Source: an uncultured bacterium
Lineage (GTDB): Bacteria; Babelota; Babeliae; Babelales; Babelaceae
Reading direction: 5' to 3'
Length of the DNA: 64,000 nucleotides
NCBI GenBank assembly: GCA_963824495.1
Contig: CAWGPQ010000014.1
Location: 79,482 to 143,481, forward strand
Made by a program: the position numbers and the translations under genes. Below the pieces are notes generated by a model. It saw only the letters and a list, made by a program, of their open reading frames with translations, was not told where the DNA came from and ran no database searches. Below, one piece after another: positions 39,971 through 50,776 of the stretch; positions within the stretch are counted from its first letter, which is position 1, and each line of letters opens with the position of its first letter.

Positions 39971-42634
39971 ATGAAGCACTATCAAGTGCCTATTGAACAG
40001 CTTGCTCAGCTCTATCAGGCTGATCTTCAGTATGGACTTACACAAGAAGAAGCACAGCGCCGCTTAGTGCTTAACGGCCCCAATACGCTTCCTGAGGAAC
40101 CTCAAGAATCTTTGGTAATGGTGTTTTTGCGCCAATTTAAAAGTCCTCTTCTTTATGTACTTTTGATAGCAGCAGTACTTATTACAGTGCTGGGTAATTA
40201 TAGCGATGCTCTTGTTATTGCTGGAGTACTTATCTTTAACGCTTTTGTTGGAACTATTCAGGAAGGCCGAGCACAAGCAGCATTAGCACGTTTAAAGAGT
40301 CTTGTAACTGTCTCTTGCTTGGTTATGCGCGATGGCAAAAAAATAGTTATGGAAGACAGGAACCTTGTTATTGGCGACGTAATTCTCGTGCAAGAAGGTG
40401 ATAAAATACCTGCTGATGCCCGTATTATAGAATCACGGGACTTGGTAAGTAATGAGTCTTTGCTGACGGGTGAATCAACAGGTATTGCTAAAATTGCTGA
40501 ACTCCTAGAAGGTGAGCTACCAATCTTTGAACAAAAAAATATGCTTTTTAAGGGTACTACCATTACTTCAGGATCAGCTCGTGCACTTGTTGTTGCAACC
40601 GGGACGACGACTGAAGTGGGAAAATTGCAGGCAAGCGTTGAAGCTATCGAGACCGATATGCCTCTTAAGCGAGAGCTTGATCGTCTTTCGCACTGGATAG
40701 TTATTGCCGTTACTTTCATGTGCGTAACGCTTTTGCTTGCTGGTTTAGTATTAGGCAAGCCGTTAACAGAGTTATTAGTTATTCTGACAGCTCTCTTTAT
40801 CGCTGTCATTCCCGAAGGGTTACCTGTTGTATTTACGCTTGTGCTCGTATCAGGTGCTCATCGTATGGCCCGCAAGCACGTATTGGTCAAGCGTCTTCAA
40901 GCGGTGGAGGGTCTGGGCCGCGCTGACGTTATTATTATTGACAAAACCGGAACGCTTACGCGCAACGAGCTGCTTGTATCGAAAGTATATGCTGATGGTA
41001 TTTGGTATGACGTCTCCGGCGTCGGGTACCATGCCCAGGGAACGGTGCTTCATGGCACAGGGTCAGTAATAGATGCTAATAAGCATACTTTGTTATTTCT
41101 TATGCGTGATGCAGCTGCCCTACTTAATACGGCTGAGCTACGAGAGTTACCAGGTGGCATCTTTCAGGTCAAGGGTGAGCCAACTGAAGCTGCAATGGGC
41201 GTTTTTGCAGAAAAATTAGGAGGTCATAAAAGTAAACTTGAGGAAACTTATCGCAAGCTTTACGAAATACCCTTTAACTTTGACTTACGCTTACATCTTG
41301 GTTTTTATGAAAAAGATAATCGGCTTTGGGTATTTGTTGCGGGAGCACCCGAAAAGATTATGCAATCATGCAAGCATGTAGATTCTAGTGACTATAAAGC
41401 TCTTGGTGATGCCCTACACGAAGGGTTGCGTGTGGTTGGTGCTGCAGCTTTTGTTGCCGACATGCCTGCAGATCGTGTTAATTGGGAGCAGTATACGCAA
41501 GAGCAGGTGCTCGGCAAGCTTAGATTTTTGGGATTTTTTGGTATTCAGGATGCTATTCGGCCCGATGTATACAACGCTGTTAGTAAAGCACGGGCTTCGG
41601 GTTTACATGTTGTTATGGCAACAGGTGATCATGAAGCAACCGCACGGTTTATTGGTAAAAAGACTGGTATTCTGAGAGAGGGTGACGAGGTGCTAGTTGG
41701 TAATGATCTTGAAGATCTCTCAAAACAAGAAGAACGGGTGCTCGATATCGATAACGTTACAGTTTTCGCTCGGGTTACCCCTACCGATAAGCTTGATATT
41801 GTGCGGTTGTTTAAACAACATGGTCATCTTGTTGCAATGACTGGTGACGGTATTAATGACGTTCCATCATTAATTGCCGCCGATTTAGGTATAGCTATGG
41901 GTATTAGTGGAACTGACGTTGCAAAAGAAGCTGCTGATCTGGTGCTTCTGGATGATAGCTTTTCAAGTATTGTACAGGCTATTAAAGAAGGTCGCCATAT
42001 ATTTTATGCACTTCGACGTGTAGTCTGGTACTTTTTTTCTACTAACTTAAGTGAAGTTTTGGTTATTCTTACTACTTTTTTCTTAAATTGGCCTGTAGCA
42101 CTTTTAGCACCTCATATTTTATGGCTTAATCTCGTAACTGATGGATTTTTAGATATGGCGCTATCTATGGAGCCGCATGAACAGGGGCTCTTAAACCAAG
42201 CATGGCTTAAACGTATCCAAAAAGTAGGTTTAGTTGACCGATCGCTTATACTCAAGATTATAGGGGGAGCGCTTCCTATGGCAATAGGTTCGTTATGGGT
42301 ATTCCCTCGGATATATCCCTACGATCTTGCTCGCGCTCGTACCATGACGCTCACGTGTATGGCTATGTTCCAGTGGTTTAATGCCTGGAATTGTCGCTCT
42401 GAGAAATTGTCGATACTACAGCTTGGCTTGTTCAGTAATCCCTGGCTTATCGCTGCTACGTGTCTTGTTGCACTGCTTCAGGTAGCCGTTATATATATAC
42501 CATTCATGCAGGTTATTTTTAGAACGGTGCCTATTGCGCTTGGAGATTGGCTTTTAATAGCGGTTGTCGCGTCATCGATTATTGCAATTGAAGAAATACG
42601 TAAGGCTGTCCAGCGGTCCCCATTTGTTATATAA
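39971..42634 (+). CDS. Cation-transporting P-type ATPase (type II, Ca2+-ATPase-like)
   Basis: TGES, PEGL, DKTGTLT, TGD, GDGIND, LWLNLVTD motifs. Confidence 0.95.
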   Translation: MKHYQVPIEQLAQLYQADLQYGLTQEEAQRRLVLNGPNTLPEEPQESLVMVFLRQFKSPLLYVLLIAAVLITVLGNYSDALVIAGVLIFNAFVGTIQEGRAQAALARLKSLVTVSCLVMRDGKKIVMEDRNLVIGDVILVQEGDKIPADARIIESRDLVSNESLLTGESTGIAKIAELLEGELPIFEQKNMLFKGTTITSGSARALVVATGTTTEVGKLQASVEAIETDMPLKRELDRLSHWIVIAVTFMCVTLLLAGLVLGKPLTELLVILTALFIAVIPEGLPVVFTLVLVSGAHRMARKHVLVKRLQAVEGLGRADVIIIDKTGTLTRNELLVSKVYADGIWYDVSGVGYHAQGTVLHGTGSVIDANKHTLLFLMRDAAALLNTAELRELPGGIFQVKGEPTEAAMGVFAEKLGGHKSKLEETYRKLYEIPFNFDLRLHLGFYEKDNRLWVFVAGAPEKIMQSCKHVDSSDYKALGDALHEGLRVVGAAAFVADMPADRVNWEQYTQEQVLGKLRFLGFFGIQDAIRPDVYNAVSKARASGLHVVMATGDHEATARFIGKKTGILREGDEVLVGNDLEDLSKQEERVLDIDNVTVFARVTPTDKLDIVRLFKQHGHLVAMTGDGINDVPSLIAADLGIAMGISGTDVAKEAADLVLLDDSFSSIVQAIKEGRHIFYALRRVVWYFFSTNLSEVLVILTTFFLNWPVALLAPHILWLNLVTDGFLDMALSMEPHEQGLLNQAWLKRIQKVGLVDRSLILKIIGGALPMAIGSLWVFPRIYPYDLARARTMTLTCMAMFQWFNAWNCRSEKLSILQLGLFSNPWLIAATCLVALLQVAVIYIPFMQVIFRTVPIALGDWLLIAVVASSIIAIEEIRKAVQRSPFVI

Positions 42635-42676
42635 TTAAAATTATTATTATACTTCGTGAGTTTATCGTGAGTTTAT

Positions 42677-43606
42677 ATGGATACGCGCTCGTTAGTTTTA
42701 AGAGTTAAAAATTTAATCAAATCATTTGGCATACAGTATACTGCAGTTAATAACGTCTCTTTTGAGCTTACTCAGGGGGAGATTTTGGGGTTACTTGGTC
42801 CTAATGGTGCCGGTAAAACAACAATCATACAAATGCTTTTAGGTATCATGACGCCAACTTCGGGTGTCATAGAGTATTTTGGAAAAAACTTTTTTACCCA
42901 TCGATCGAAAGCGTTACAAGATATTTCGTTTGCTAGCACCTATGTTCGACTCCCTGGGCGATTAACTGTTTATGAAAATTTACGCTTCCAAGGCAAACTG
43001 TATGGTTTTTCTGTAGAAGAACTTTCGCGTAAGATACCTCAACTCTTAGATACGTTTGGTATAGGATATCTTGCGCAAAAGAAAGCAGGAATGCTTTCTG
43101 CCGGCGAGTCTACACGTGTTATGCTTGTTAAGGCATTTTTAACCAATCCCAAGATTGTGCTTTTAGATGAACCTACCGCTTCGCTTGACCCTGATGCAGC
43201 ACAGATAGTTCGTCAAATTATTCTTCAACAACGTGAAGAAGCCGGAACATCATTTTTAGTAACTTCGCATGATATGGATGAGGTAGCTGAAGTGTGTGAT
43301 CGGGTCTTGGTGCTCAAAAAGGGTACTATTATTGCTAACGATACTCCTGCACATTTGGCAGCTAGTGTCGCATCGACCAAAGTACACTTTATTGCTGATG
43401 ATTACATGCTTGACCAAATAATTGGCTATAGCAAGCAACGTAGTTTAGCGTGTACTCGGGAGGGCCATACCGTGAGCGTTGAGGTATATGAACATGCTAT
43501 AGCGGGATTTCTTATGGATCTTGCACATGCAAAAATAACATACTCCACGATCTCTATTGATAAGCCGAGCCTGGAAGATTATTTTTTGACTATTGCAAAA
43601 AGCTAA
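42677..43606 (+). CDS. ABC-2 type exporter ATP-binding protein
   Basis: GPNGAGKT, LSAGE, LLDEPT, SH motifs; C-terminal PSLEDYF. Confidence 0.93.
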   Translation: MDTRSLVLRVKNLIKSFGIQYTAVNNVSFELTQGEILGLLGPNGAGKTTIIQMLLGIMTPTSGVIEYFGKNFFTHRSKALQDISFASTYVRLPGRLTVYENLRFQGKLYGFSVEELSRKIPQLLDTFGIGYLAQKKAGMLSAGESTRVMLVKAFLTNPKIVLLDEPTASLDPDAAQIVRQIILQQREEAGTSFLVTSHDMDEVAEVCDRVLVLKKGTIIANDTPAHLAASVASTKVHFIADDYMLDQIIGYSKQRSLACTREGHTVSVEVYEHAIAGFLMDLAHAKITYSTISIDKPSLEDYFLTIAKS

Positions 43607-44408
43607 AAAGGCAGTCATGATACTCTATCGCATTCAAGCACTTATAGAACGCAACCTTATCATAACATTGCGCGATGCTCAACGGCTTGTTGATTTTTTC
43701 TATTGGCCACTTCTGGATATTATTATTTGGGGCTTTACCAGTAAATGGCTTCAGTATCAGCAGATATCACAGTCGAATCTGACGCTTATAGTATTAAGCT
43801 CCCTTGTGCTTTGGCAGGTAACAACACGAGCGAATCTTGAGGTATCATTTAACTTACTTGAAGAGCTGTGGTCGCGTAATATAGTTAATCTCTTTTCAAC
43901 ACCCTTATATAGTAATGAGTGGACAATAGCCTCGTTAATTATGGGATTCTATAAATCAATACTAGTGTTTTTCTTTGGTGCCTTTCTTGCTTGGTCATTG
44001 TGTGGTGTTACTATATTTTCAGTAGGTTGGTTACTGATCCCTTGTTTTTTCTTGTTGGTTGCATCTGGTTTGACCATCGGCTTGTTTGTTACAAGCGCCT
44101 TAATCTATTGGGGTCAGAAAGGCCAAACACTCGTGTGGACGGTCACATGGATCTTTGCTCCTTTTAGTGGGGTATTTTATCCTATAGCTGTTCTGCCATC
44201 CTGGGCTCAGTCTATTGCTAAAGCATTACCCATGACCTATGTTTTTGAGGGTCTCCGTTCCTTTCTCACTACGGGCATTGTGCCATGGCACGCATTGGCA
44301 ACAAGCGCAGTTTTGAACATTATCTATTTTGTAGGAGCGCTTCTGTGCTTTCGTATCATGTTTAACAAAAGCAAAGTCAAAGGCCTGGCACGCCTTGAGG
44401 TAGAGTAG
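43593..44408 (+). CDS. ABC-2 type exporter permease
   Basis: 6 TM; FSGVFYPIAVLPSWAQ..PMTYVFEGLR. Confidence 0.9.
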   Translation: MQKAKKAVMILYRIQALIERNLIITLRDAQRLVDFFYWPLLDIIIWGFTSKWLQYQQISQSNLTLIVLSSLVLWQVTTRANLEVSFNLLEELWSRNIVNLFSTPLYSNEWTIASLIMGFYKSILVFFFGAFLAWSLCGVTIFSVGWLLIPCFFLLVASGLTIGLFVTSALIYWGQKGQTLVWTVTWIFAPFSGVFYPIAVLPSWAQSIAKALPMTYVFEGLRSFLTTGIVPWHALATSAVLNIIYFVGALLCFRIMFNKSKVKGLARLEVE

Positions 44409-44476
44409 CCGGGACTTCAGCTGGGGCTTCTTTTGGTCGGAGAAATTCGTGCTCATAAACCTGCTAATATCAGAGC

Positions 44477-45814
44477 TCAAGTTGCAGGCAGCCTGGGAGA
44501 AATAGCATAGCGAGCGATGAGATCGGTAATTTCAGCAGGGAGTATCCCCAAAGGCTGAGCTGTACCGTTGGCATTATTATTGGTATACAACATACCCAAG
44601 CATCCTTGTTTTCCATTGCGTGACACACATCGTAATGTAGCACGAGCAGCATTACGCTCAATCAAGTTTGCTATTTCGTCACGATTAGCTCTCACAGCAA
44701 TACTCCAAGCTGTCTGTCCGTTGTGATTAGGAATAGTAACTTGCGCTCCACCTCTCAGTAAGAACTTAAAGGTAGTGGTGCGTCCAGCTTGAGCAGCTAG
44801 GTGTAACGCTGTATTGCCATTGTTATTTACAGCATCAATACAAACACCGTGATTAAGTAATAACCAAAGAACAAATTCGTTACCATTACGCGCAGCTATA
44901 TGAAGAGGGGTATTGCCCTCATTATCTTGCACAGCCATATCAAGGTTATATTCATTAAGTAAACGCTTAATAAATTCGCTATAATTTTGAGCAGCTGCCC
45001 AATGTAATGCTGTCATCCCAAACTTATCCCGGGTATTAACGGCAGCACAATTTAAAAGAGGGCTTTTGCCCTTGCTAGAAATTTTAGTTTTCTTAGATGG
45101 CTCTTTTTTAAGAAGATTCTTAATAGTATTAGTATCCCTGGTGATAATTGCTTGAGCCATCGGTGAAAAGCCACTCTCAGTTAAAGCTAGTGCCATATCA
45201 CGTCTATCTTCAGCTGATAAAGCAGGAGGTACGATGGCACCATAACGTATAAGCAGTTCAACTACTGCCTCTTTGTGTTCTTTGATAGCCGCCATTAGGG
45301 CAGTCAAGCCAGTATTAGTAATATGATTGATATTAGCATCATGCTCTATAAGCATTTTAACTATCTCTACGTACCCTTTCCAAGCTGCATACACGAGAGC
45401 AATAAAGCCATTGTTATCAACTTGATTAACATCAGCATGTGCCTCAATAAGCAATCTTATTATATCAGCACGACCCTTAATAGCTGCACGCATCAAGGCA
45501 GTGCTTCCATCATATGTGGTATCATTTGGGTTAGCATTATGCTCTATAAGTATTTTAACTACCTCTGCATGCCCATACCAAGCAGCGCATAACAGACTAG
45601 TCTGGTCCTCACTATCCCTGCTGTGGTTAATATCGGCGCCCTGCTTTAGTAAGGAGATTACGGTATCTGTATTCGCTGCTTTCGCTGCTTCTATCAATTG
45701 CTCATTAAGCCGACGTTGGTGCTGCTCTTGGTTAAAAGAGTGCATGCCCATAAGTTGCTGCAAACTAACCAGAAAAATACTAAAGCTTGTCCGTGCCAGG
45801 ATACACTTGTTCAT
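44477..45814 (-). CDS. Secreted ankyrin-repeat protein with C-terminal F-box-like motif
   Basis: Signal-like N-terminus, two ankyrin blocks, C-terminal ILPAEITDLIARY. Confidence 0.88.
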   Translation of the reverse strand: MNKCILARTSFSIFLVSLQQLMGMHSFNQEQHQRRLNEQLIEAAKAANTDTVISLLKQGADINHSRDSEDQTSLLCAAWYGHAEVVKILIEHNANPNDTTYDGSTALMRAAIKGRADIIRLLIEAHADVNQVDNNGFIALVYAAWKGYVEIVKMLIEHDANINHITNTGLTALMAAIKEHKEAVVELLIRYGAIVPPALSAEDRRDMALALTESGFSPMAQAIITRDTNTIKNLLKKEPSKKTKISSKGKSPLLNCAAVNTRDKFGMTALHWAAAQNYSEFIKRLLNEYNLDMAVQDNEGNTPLHIAARNGNEFVLWLLLNHGVCIDAVNNNGNTALHLAAQAGRTTTFKFLLRGGAQVTIPNHNGQTAWSIAVRANRDEIANLIERNAARATLRCVSRNGKQGCLGMLYTNNNANGTAQPLGILPAEITDLIARYAISPRLPAT

Positions 45815-45867
45815 ACTGTGCCTTTTTGCGCTATATTTTTATTTTAAATAAAAAATTTGATTATTTT

Positions 45868-45896
45868 ATTATAACCCGCGGTATATGCTTGGTCAA
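45868..45896 (-). promoter_or_regulatory. Sigma70 promoter of the 44477 ankyrin gene
   Basis: TTGACC-N17-TATAAT on the minus strand. Confidence 0.65.
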
Positions 45897-45909
45897 ACCT
45901 TGCTCAAGC

Positions 45910-47306
45910 TTAAGAATTGGAATTAGGGTTAAAATTTGATCGTGCTTCTGCAGGTTGTCTTTGAGTAACAACAAGATGAGCAATGTGAGCGGCAATTTCA
46001 GCAGGAAGCACACCATTGGGTACAACAGCTAAAGGCTGTGCTGTTCCATTCGTATTGTTATTGGTATAGAGTACACCTGATCGCCCCTGTTGTCCCTCAG
46101 TTGAAAGCAAGTTAAGCAGTGCTTGACCTGCCACTTGACCTGCCACAGGTTCAAGAATATCTATAATATCTTGACGGTTGCGATATCTTTGCGCAAGCGA
46201 CCAGGCTGATAATCCTTGATGATTACGAATGTTTACATGAGCACCAGCTTGCAATAATTGTCTAACGATAGCTGTGCGTCCAGCTCGAATAGCCAGGTAC
46301 AATGGTGTATCACCGTTAGTATTTTGACCATCAATGTGAGCACCATGAGCAAGTAATACTTGAAGAACAAGATCATTGCCATTACGTGCAGCTAAGTGTA
46401 GGAGGGTATTGCCCTCGTTGTCTTGTATAGTCAAATCGGGCTTATACTCAGCAAGCAAATCCTCAACAAGAGCTGCATAATTTTGGGCAACTGCCCACTG
46501 CAATGCTGTCATGCCATCGATTTCTTGAGAGTTGCTGCGATAGGGATGAGGCAAACAGCAACCTATAAGCCTACCCCAAATAGTATCCTCCGTAATAAGG
46601 AGCCTTGTGACATTTTCCCTGTCCCTTGTGATAATTGCTAGGGCTAGTTCTGAGATGCCGCTATTTGTTAATGCTTGTATGACAATGTCTTTTTGTTGAG
46701 CTGATATGGCAGGTGGTATAATTGCACCATAATATACAAGCATTCTAACGAGATCTATCTGCCCACATTTAGCTGCCCATATAGGTGGAGTCCAGCCCTG
46801 CTCATCGGCATGATTAACGTTGGCGCCATACCTGACAAGCATTTTAGCTGCCTCTATGTGCCCATGCATAGTTGCATACATTAAAGCTGTATAGTTACTG
46901 TTGCCGGTATGATTAATATTAGCCCATGCTCTATAAGCATTCCAACTATATCGGTATGTCCATGCGTAGCTGCGTACATGAGAGCAGTATTGCCGATTCT
47001 ATCAGCCTGGTTAACACATACGTCGTGCTCTAAAAGAATTTTAACTATAGTGGCATGACCATGTATAGCTGCCCGCATAAGAGCGAAGCTGTTATAATAA
47101 TCACTAATAGCAGTGTGATTAACATCAGCTCCACGCTCCAGCAGAGAAATTACGCCATCGCTATCTCCTGCTTTTGCTGCTGCTAATAACTGCTCATTAA
47201 GCTGAAAGTGGAACTGCTCTTGGTCAGAAAAATTCATGCTTATAAGCTGATCTGCGTTAAATGGAAAGATGCTAAAACCTGCTAATGTCAGAATATGCTT
47301 ATTCAC
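45910..47306 (-). pseudogene. Paralogous ankyrin-repeat gene split by a 1-nt deletion near 46924
   Basis: Adding one base restores LIEHGANINHTGNSNYTALMYATMHGH, joining ORFs 46881..47306 and 45910..46881; colinear with the 44477 protein. Confidence 0.88.
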
Positions 47307-47359
47307 GCTGCGTCTTCGTTTAAGCTATATTTTATTTAAAGTGACAGTCTTGTAATTAT

Positions 47360-47388
47360 ATTTTAGCTTGCTATGTGTGCCTTGTCAA
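47360..47388 (-). promoter_or_regulatory. Sigma70 promoter of the 47306 ankyrin gene
   Basis: TTGACA-N17-TAAAAT at the same distance from the start as in the paralog. Confidence 0.65.
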
Positions 47389-47562
47389 AGGCATTAGAAA
47401 TAAGATAAAAGTCAAGCACAAGTGATAGGTTTAGTTAAGATTTGTTGGTTTTGAGAAGCTATAGAGATTGACGATACTTAATAATCACGCTATTTTTAAA
47501 GGGAGATTAACCATGATGAATATGAATTTATGCAAATGCTCTGTTGAGCACGAGGAAAACAC

Positions 47563-48183
47563 ATGAAAAAACAACTTATTATTTCACTAGTATTGTTATG
47601 TGTAGCTGGCGTTATACCGCATGTTCGTGCTGAGCGTGAAACGGCTCCTGTTACAAAAGTTGCCCATATTAACCTAAACTCTATTATGGGAGATAACTTA
47701 GAGCAAAGTGCTCATGAGTGGCGTGACCGTGTCTTACAGTTACAGAATGAATTGAGAGATCGAGCAACCAAAATTGAGGCTGATAAGGCAAAACTTGACA
47801 AGCTTGCTCGTGAAGTACGTCAAGATGACAGTAATCAAAAAAGCAGGTTTATGTCGGAAGGTGCAAAAAGCGATAGGACTACCGAAGCCCTAAAGCTTCA
47901 ACGAGATATAGAATTTGCTATAGAACAAGCCAAAGCGTATCAGATGGAAGCATTTCAGAAGATACAAGCGGATATTTTTGCCAAAGTTGAGAAAATTGCA
48001 GAAAAGATCGCAATTGATCAAGGCTGGGATATTGTACTTATGGGTGGCGGTGTCTATGTAAGCAAGCGTGCTGATCTTACGTATGATGTGCTTGCAGCGC
48101 TCAATAAAGATTATGACGCTCTTCAGGAAGCGGCAAAAAAAGCTGCTGAGAAGTCTTTCTCTAAAGCACCAGCAGCTGCTTAA
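47563..48183 (+). CDS. skp: OmpH/Skp-family periplasmic chaperone
   Basis: Signal peptide, KVAHINL beta strand, long coiled coil, KIAIDQGWDIVL, ADLTYDVLAALN. Confidence 0.8.
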   Translation: MKKQLIISLVLLCVAGVIPHVRAERETAPVTKVAHINLNSIMGDNLEQSAHEWRDRVLQLQNELRDRATKIEADKAKLDKLAREVRQDDSNQKSRFMSEGAKSDRTTEALKLQRDIEFAIEQAKAYQMEAFQKIQADIFAKVEKIAEKIAIDQGWDIVLMGGGVYVSKRADLTYDVLAALNKDYDALQEAAKKAAEKSFSKAPAAA

Positions 48184-48204
48184 GCTGCGCTTGCGTGTAT
48201 ACCG

Positions 48205-48762
48205 ATGAATACACGTTTTCCCGAGATTCCACGTGCTATTAAAGCTATTATAGGTTTGGGTAATCCTGGCCCTCGGTATTATCGTAATCGGCATTCTGTT
48301 GGTTTTCGTGTTCTTGATGAATTTGCTCATATGCATAGTATAACTTGGCAAACGGGTAATGATATGGAGCTTGCTCATTATCGTGTGAATGGTCATGCTA
48401 TTATGCTCGTAAAACCACAAACGTATATGAATACCTCAGGACACGTTATGAGTGCGCTTACAAAACGGGGAATCAAGCCTGAAGAAATGCTTGTGGTCCA
48501 TGATGAACTTGAATTGCCTTTTGGCAAGCTGAGCTTTAAATTTGGTGGCAGCGCACGTGGCCATAATGGTTTACGCTCAATTATTGGGGTAGTAGGAGAT
48601 CGGTTTGCTCGTCTTAGGGTGGGTATAGGTCGACCTGAAGCACGAGAAGACGTCCCCGATTATGTACTTCAGGATTTTACTGAAACTCAGGCTGAAGTAA
48701 CAGGATTGCTTCTGCGAGCCGCTGAAATGCTCGATAATCTTTTTGAGAGCGAAGATCAATAA
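48205..48762 (+). CDS. pth: Peptidyl-tRNA hydrolase
   Basis: GLGNPG, RHSVGF, KPQTYMNTSG, VHDEL, GHNGLRS, RLRVGIGRP. Confidence 0.96.
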   Translation: MNTRFPEIPRAIKAIIGLGNPGPRYYRNRHSVGFRVLDEFAHMHSITWQTGNDMELAHYRVNGHAIMLVKPQTYMNTSGHVMSALTKRGIKPEEMLVVHDELELPFGKLSFKFGGSARGHNGLRSIIGVVGDRFARLRVGIGRPEAREDVPDYVLQDFTETQAEVTGLLLRAAEMLDNLFESEDQ

Positions 48763-48788
48763 AGATATACCCGATATGTATATAATCC

Positions 48789-49550
48789 ATGAAAAAATCA
48801 TATAAGAACTATCTGTTTATTGCTAATTGGAAGATGGAGCTCTCATATAATCAAGCCCTTGCATGGTGCGACTGCTACGGTGCTTTACTTGGAGGGCTTA
48901 TACAGAGCAATGAAATTACTTTCGTCTTATGCCCTGAATTTACGGTTCTTTCTCAAGTAAAAAAAGCCCTATCTCCAGCTCTAGCAGTTGGTGCTCAAAA
49001 TTGTGCAGCATATGAATGTGGTGCCTATACCGGTGAGGTAGCTGCTCAATCGCTTGCTCAACTAGGCTGTACGTACTGTATTGTTGGTCATAATGAGCGT
49101 CGGCGCTTGTATGGTGAGACTAACGCTGATGTGACATGCAAAGTTGCTCTTTTGGTTAAGCATGGTATCACGCCCATTGCTTGTATGGGTGACGCTCAAG
49201 CTGAACTTGAGAGTATTCTTGAGGGCTTTGCACGAGCATATGATCCCTCTGCTCGACCAAAGTCTGAGTCACGGCCTGATCTTGTCATAGCCTATGAGCC
49301 AGAGTGGGCTATAGGGACTGGCAAAGTTCCTGGGCGTAATGATCTCATTGAGTATGCTCGTGCAATGCGTAGGGCTATACATACGTATATACCCAGCTAT
49401 GCCCCTGATGCTGATATTAGGCTGTGCTATGGCGGGAGTGCCTCTGCTGAAAGCATACAAGGGCTTAAGCAGGTTGATGAACTTGACGGGTTTTTAATTG
49501 GTCGAGCTAGCCTGGATTTTCAAATGCTTAAAAAAATTGTAGTATTATAG
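48789..49550 (+). CDS. tpiA: Triosephosphate isomerase
   Basis: ANWKM, GAYTGEV, GHNERR, AYEPEWAIGTG, YGGS, DGFLIGRASL. Confidence 0.93.
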   Translation: MKKSYKNYLFIANWKMELSYNQALAWCDCYGALLGGLIQSNEITFVLCPEFTVLSQVKKALSPALAVGAQNCAAYECGAYTGEVAAQSLAQLGCTYCIVGHNERRRLYGETNADVTCKVALLVKHGITPIACMGDAQAELESILEGFARAYDPSARPKSESRPDLVIAYEPEWAIGTGKVPGRNDLIEYARAMRRAIHTYIPSYAPDADIRLCYGGSASAESIQGLKQVDELDGFLIGRASLDFQMLKKIVVL

Positions 49551-49603
49551 GAGGGGATATATGCAATCAATAAGAACCATGAAAATTTTGATAGGAGTAT
49601 AGT

Positions 49604-49978
49604 ATGGTATATGGTTTACTGTTAACGCTTTATGTAATAATGGCCCTGCTTCTTATTCTTCTTATTCTTGTGCAGAAGGGTAAGGGTAGCATGGGAATAG
49701 GGAATCTTGGTGGTGGAACTCAGATGCTTTTTGGTGGATCAGGTGGTCAAGATCTTTTCCAAAAGATTACATGGGCATTAGGTGCATTGCTTATGTTGGG
49801 TTCGTTGGCACTTGCGCTCTTGAAGGCATCGTCCTCACAAACGTCACGGTATGCTACTCAAGCTCCTGTAGCACAAGTAACTTCAGCTCCGATAGCTCCA
49901 GCATTGCCACCTGTGGCCGAGCAGCCTGAGCAACCTGAGCAACCTGAGCAACCTGAGCAGCAAGCTGTTCGGCACTAA
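49604..49978 (+). CDS. secG: Preprotein translocase subunit SecG
   Basis: Two TM segments with LVQKGKG..FGGSGG..KITW loop; follows tpiA. Confidence 0.92.
   Translation: MVYGLLLTLYVIMALLLILLILVQKGKGSMGIGNLGGGTQMLFGGSGGQDLFQKITWALGALLMLGSLALALLKASSSQTSRYATQAPVAQVTSAPIAPALPPVAEQPEQPEQPEQPEQQAVRH
49919..49960 (+). repeat. 9-bp tandem repeat (GAGCARCCT x4 plus partial) encoding EQP repeats
   Basis: Directly visible in the secG 3' end. Confidence 0.9.
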
Positions 49979-49990
49979 TTTGAGCAAACC

Positions 49991-50776
49991 GTGATAAGAG
50001 TAATTACGGTTTTGGGTACCTATATTCTTGCTATTTGTACAAGTGCGGGGAACTTTGTTATCTTTTTAGGCAAAGTGCTACGAGCACTTTTTTCAACACG
50101 TTTACGTGTATCGCATGTGCTTCATCAGATAGAACACGTTGGTATTGGCTCGTTACTTATTATTGTGCTTACGGGTTTATTTACTGGTATGGCACTTGCC
50201 CTTCAGACCTATTTAGGGTTCCATACAATTGGTGGTGAAAGCTTTATTGGACCCGTTATTGCCCTTGCCATGACACGAGAGCTTGGGCCTGTACTGACTG
50301 GCCTTATGGTTACTGGTCGTGCTGGGTCTGCCATGGCCGCTGAGCTTGGTACTATGCAGATTACTGAGCAAATTGATGCGCTTAAAACGCTTTGTATTGA
50401 TCCGTTTCATTACTTGATTGTTCCACGTATTCTCGCAAGTATGATCATTTTACCATTTTTGAGTATATTTTCTATGATATGTGGCATTGCCGGTGGCTAT
50501 ATGTACTGTGTCTCTATCTTAGGCTTAAACTCAGAAGTATATATGGTAGGTATTAAACAATTTGGTAGCATAACTGATATTATAAGTGGGCTTATTAAAT
50601 CAAGTTTTTTTGGGCTTATTTTATCATGGGTTGGTACCTATAAGGGATATACGACAACCGGTGGTGCGCGGGGGGTTGGCAAAGCTACTACACAAAGTGT
50701 GGTCATAAGTTCTATCATGATATTGGTTGCTAATTATTTCTTGAGCTCATTGCTCAGTTATGTAGGAATAGCGTGA
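49991..50776 (+). CDS. mlaE: MlaE-family lipid ABC transporter permease
   Basis: RELGPVLTGLMVTGRAGSAMAAELGTMQITEQIDAL, GGARGVGKATT. Confidence 0.93.
   Translation: MIRVITVLGTYILAICTSAGNFVIFLGKVLRALFSTRLRVSHVLHQIEHVGIGSLLIIVLTGLFTGMALALQTYLGFHTIGGESFIGPVIALAMTRELGPVLTGLMVTGRAGSAMAAELGTMQITEQIDALKTLCIDPFHYLIVPRILASMIILPFLSIFSMICGIAGGYMYCVSILGLNSEVYMVGIKQFGSITDIISGLIKSSFFGLILSWVGTYKGYTTTGGARGVGKATTQSVVISSIMILVANYFLSSLLSYVGIA

Noticed and set aside
36269..47306. ~99-bp periodic repeats as a CRISPR array or DGR template/variable repeats
   Set aside because: They are coding ankyrin repeats; no cas genes or reverse transcriptase, no constant repeat/unique spacer pattern
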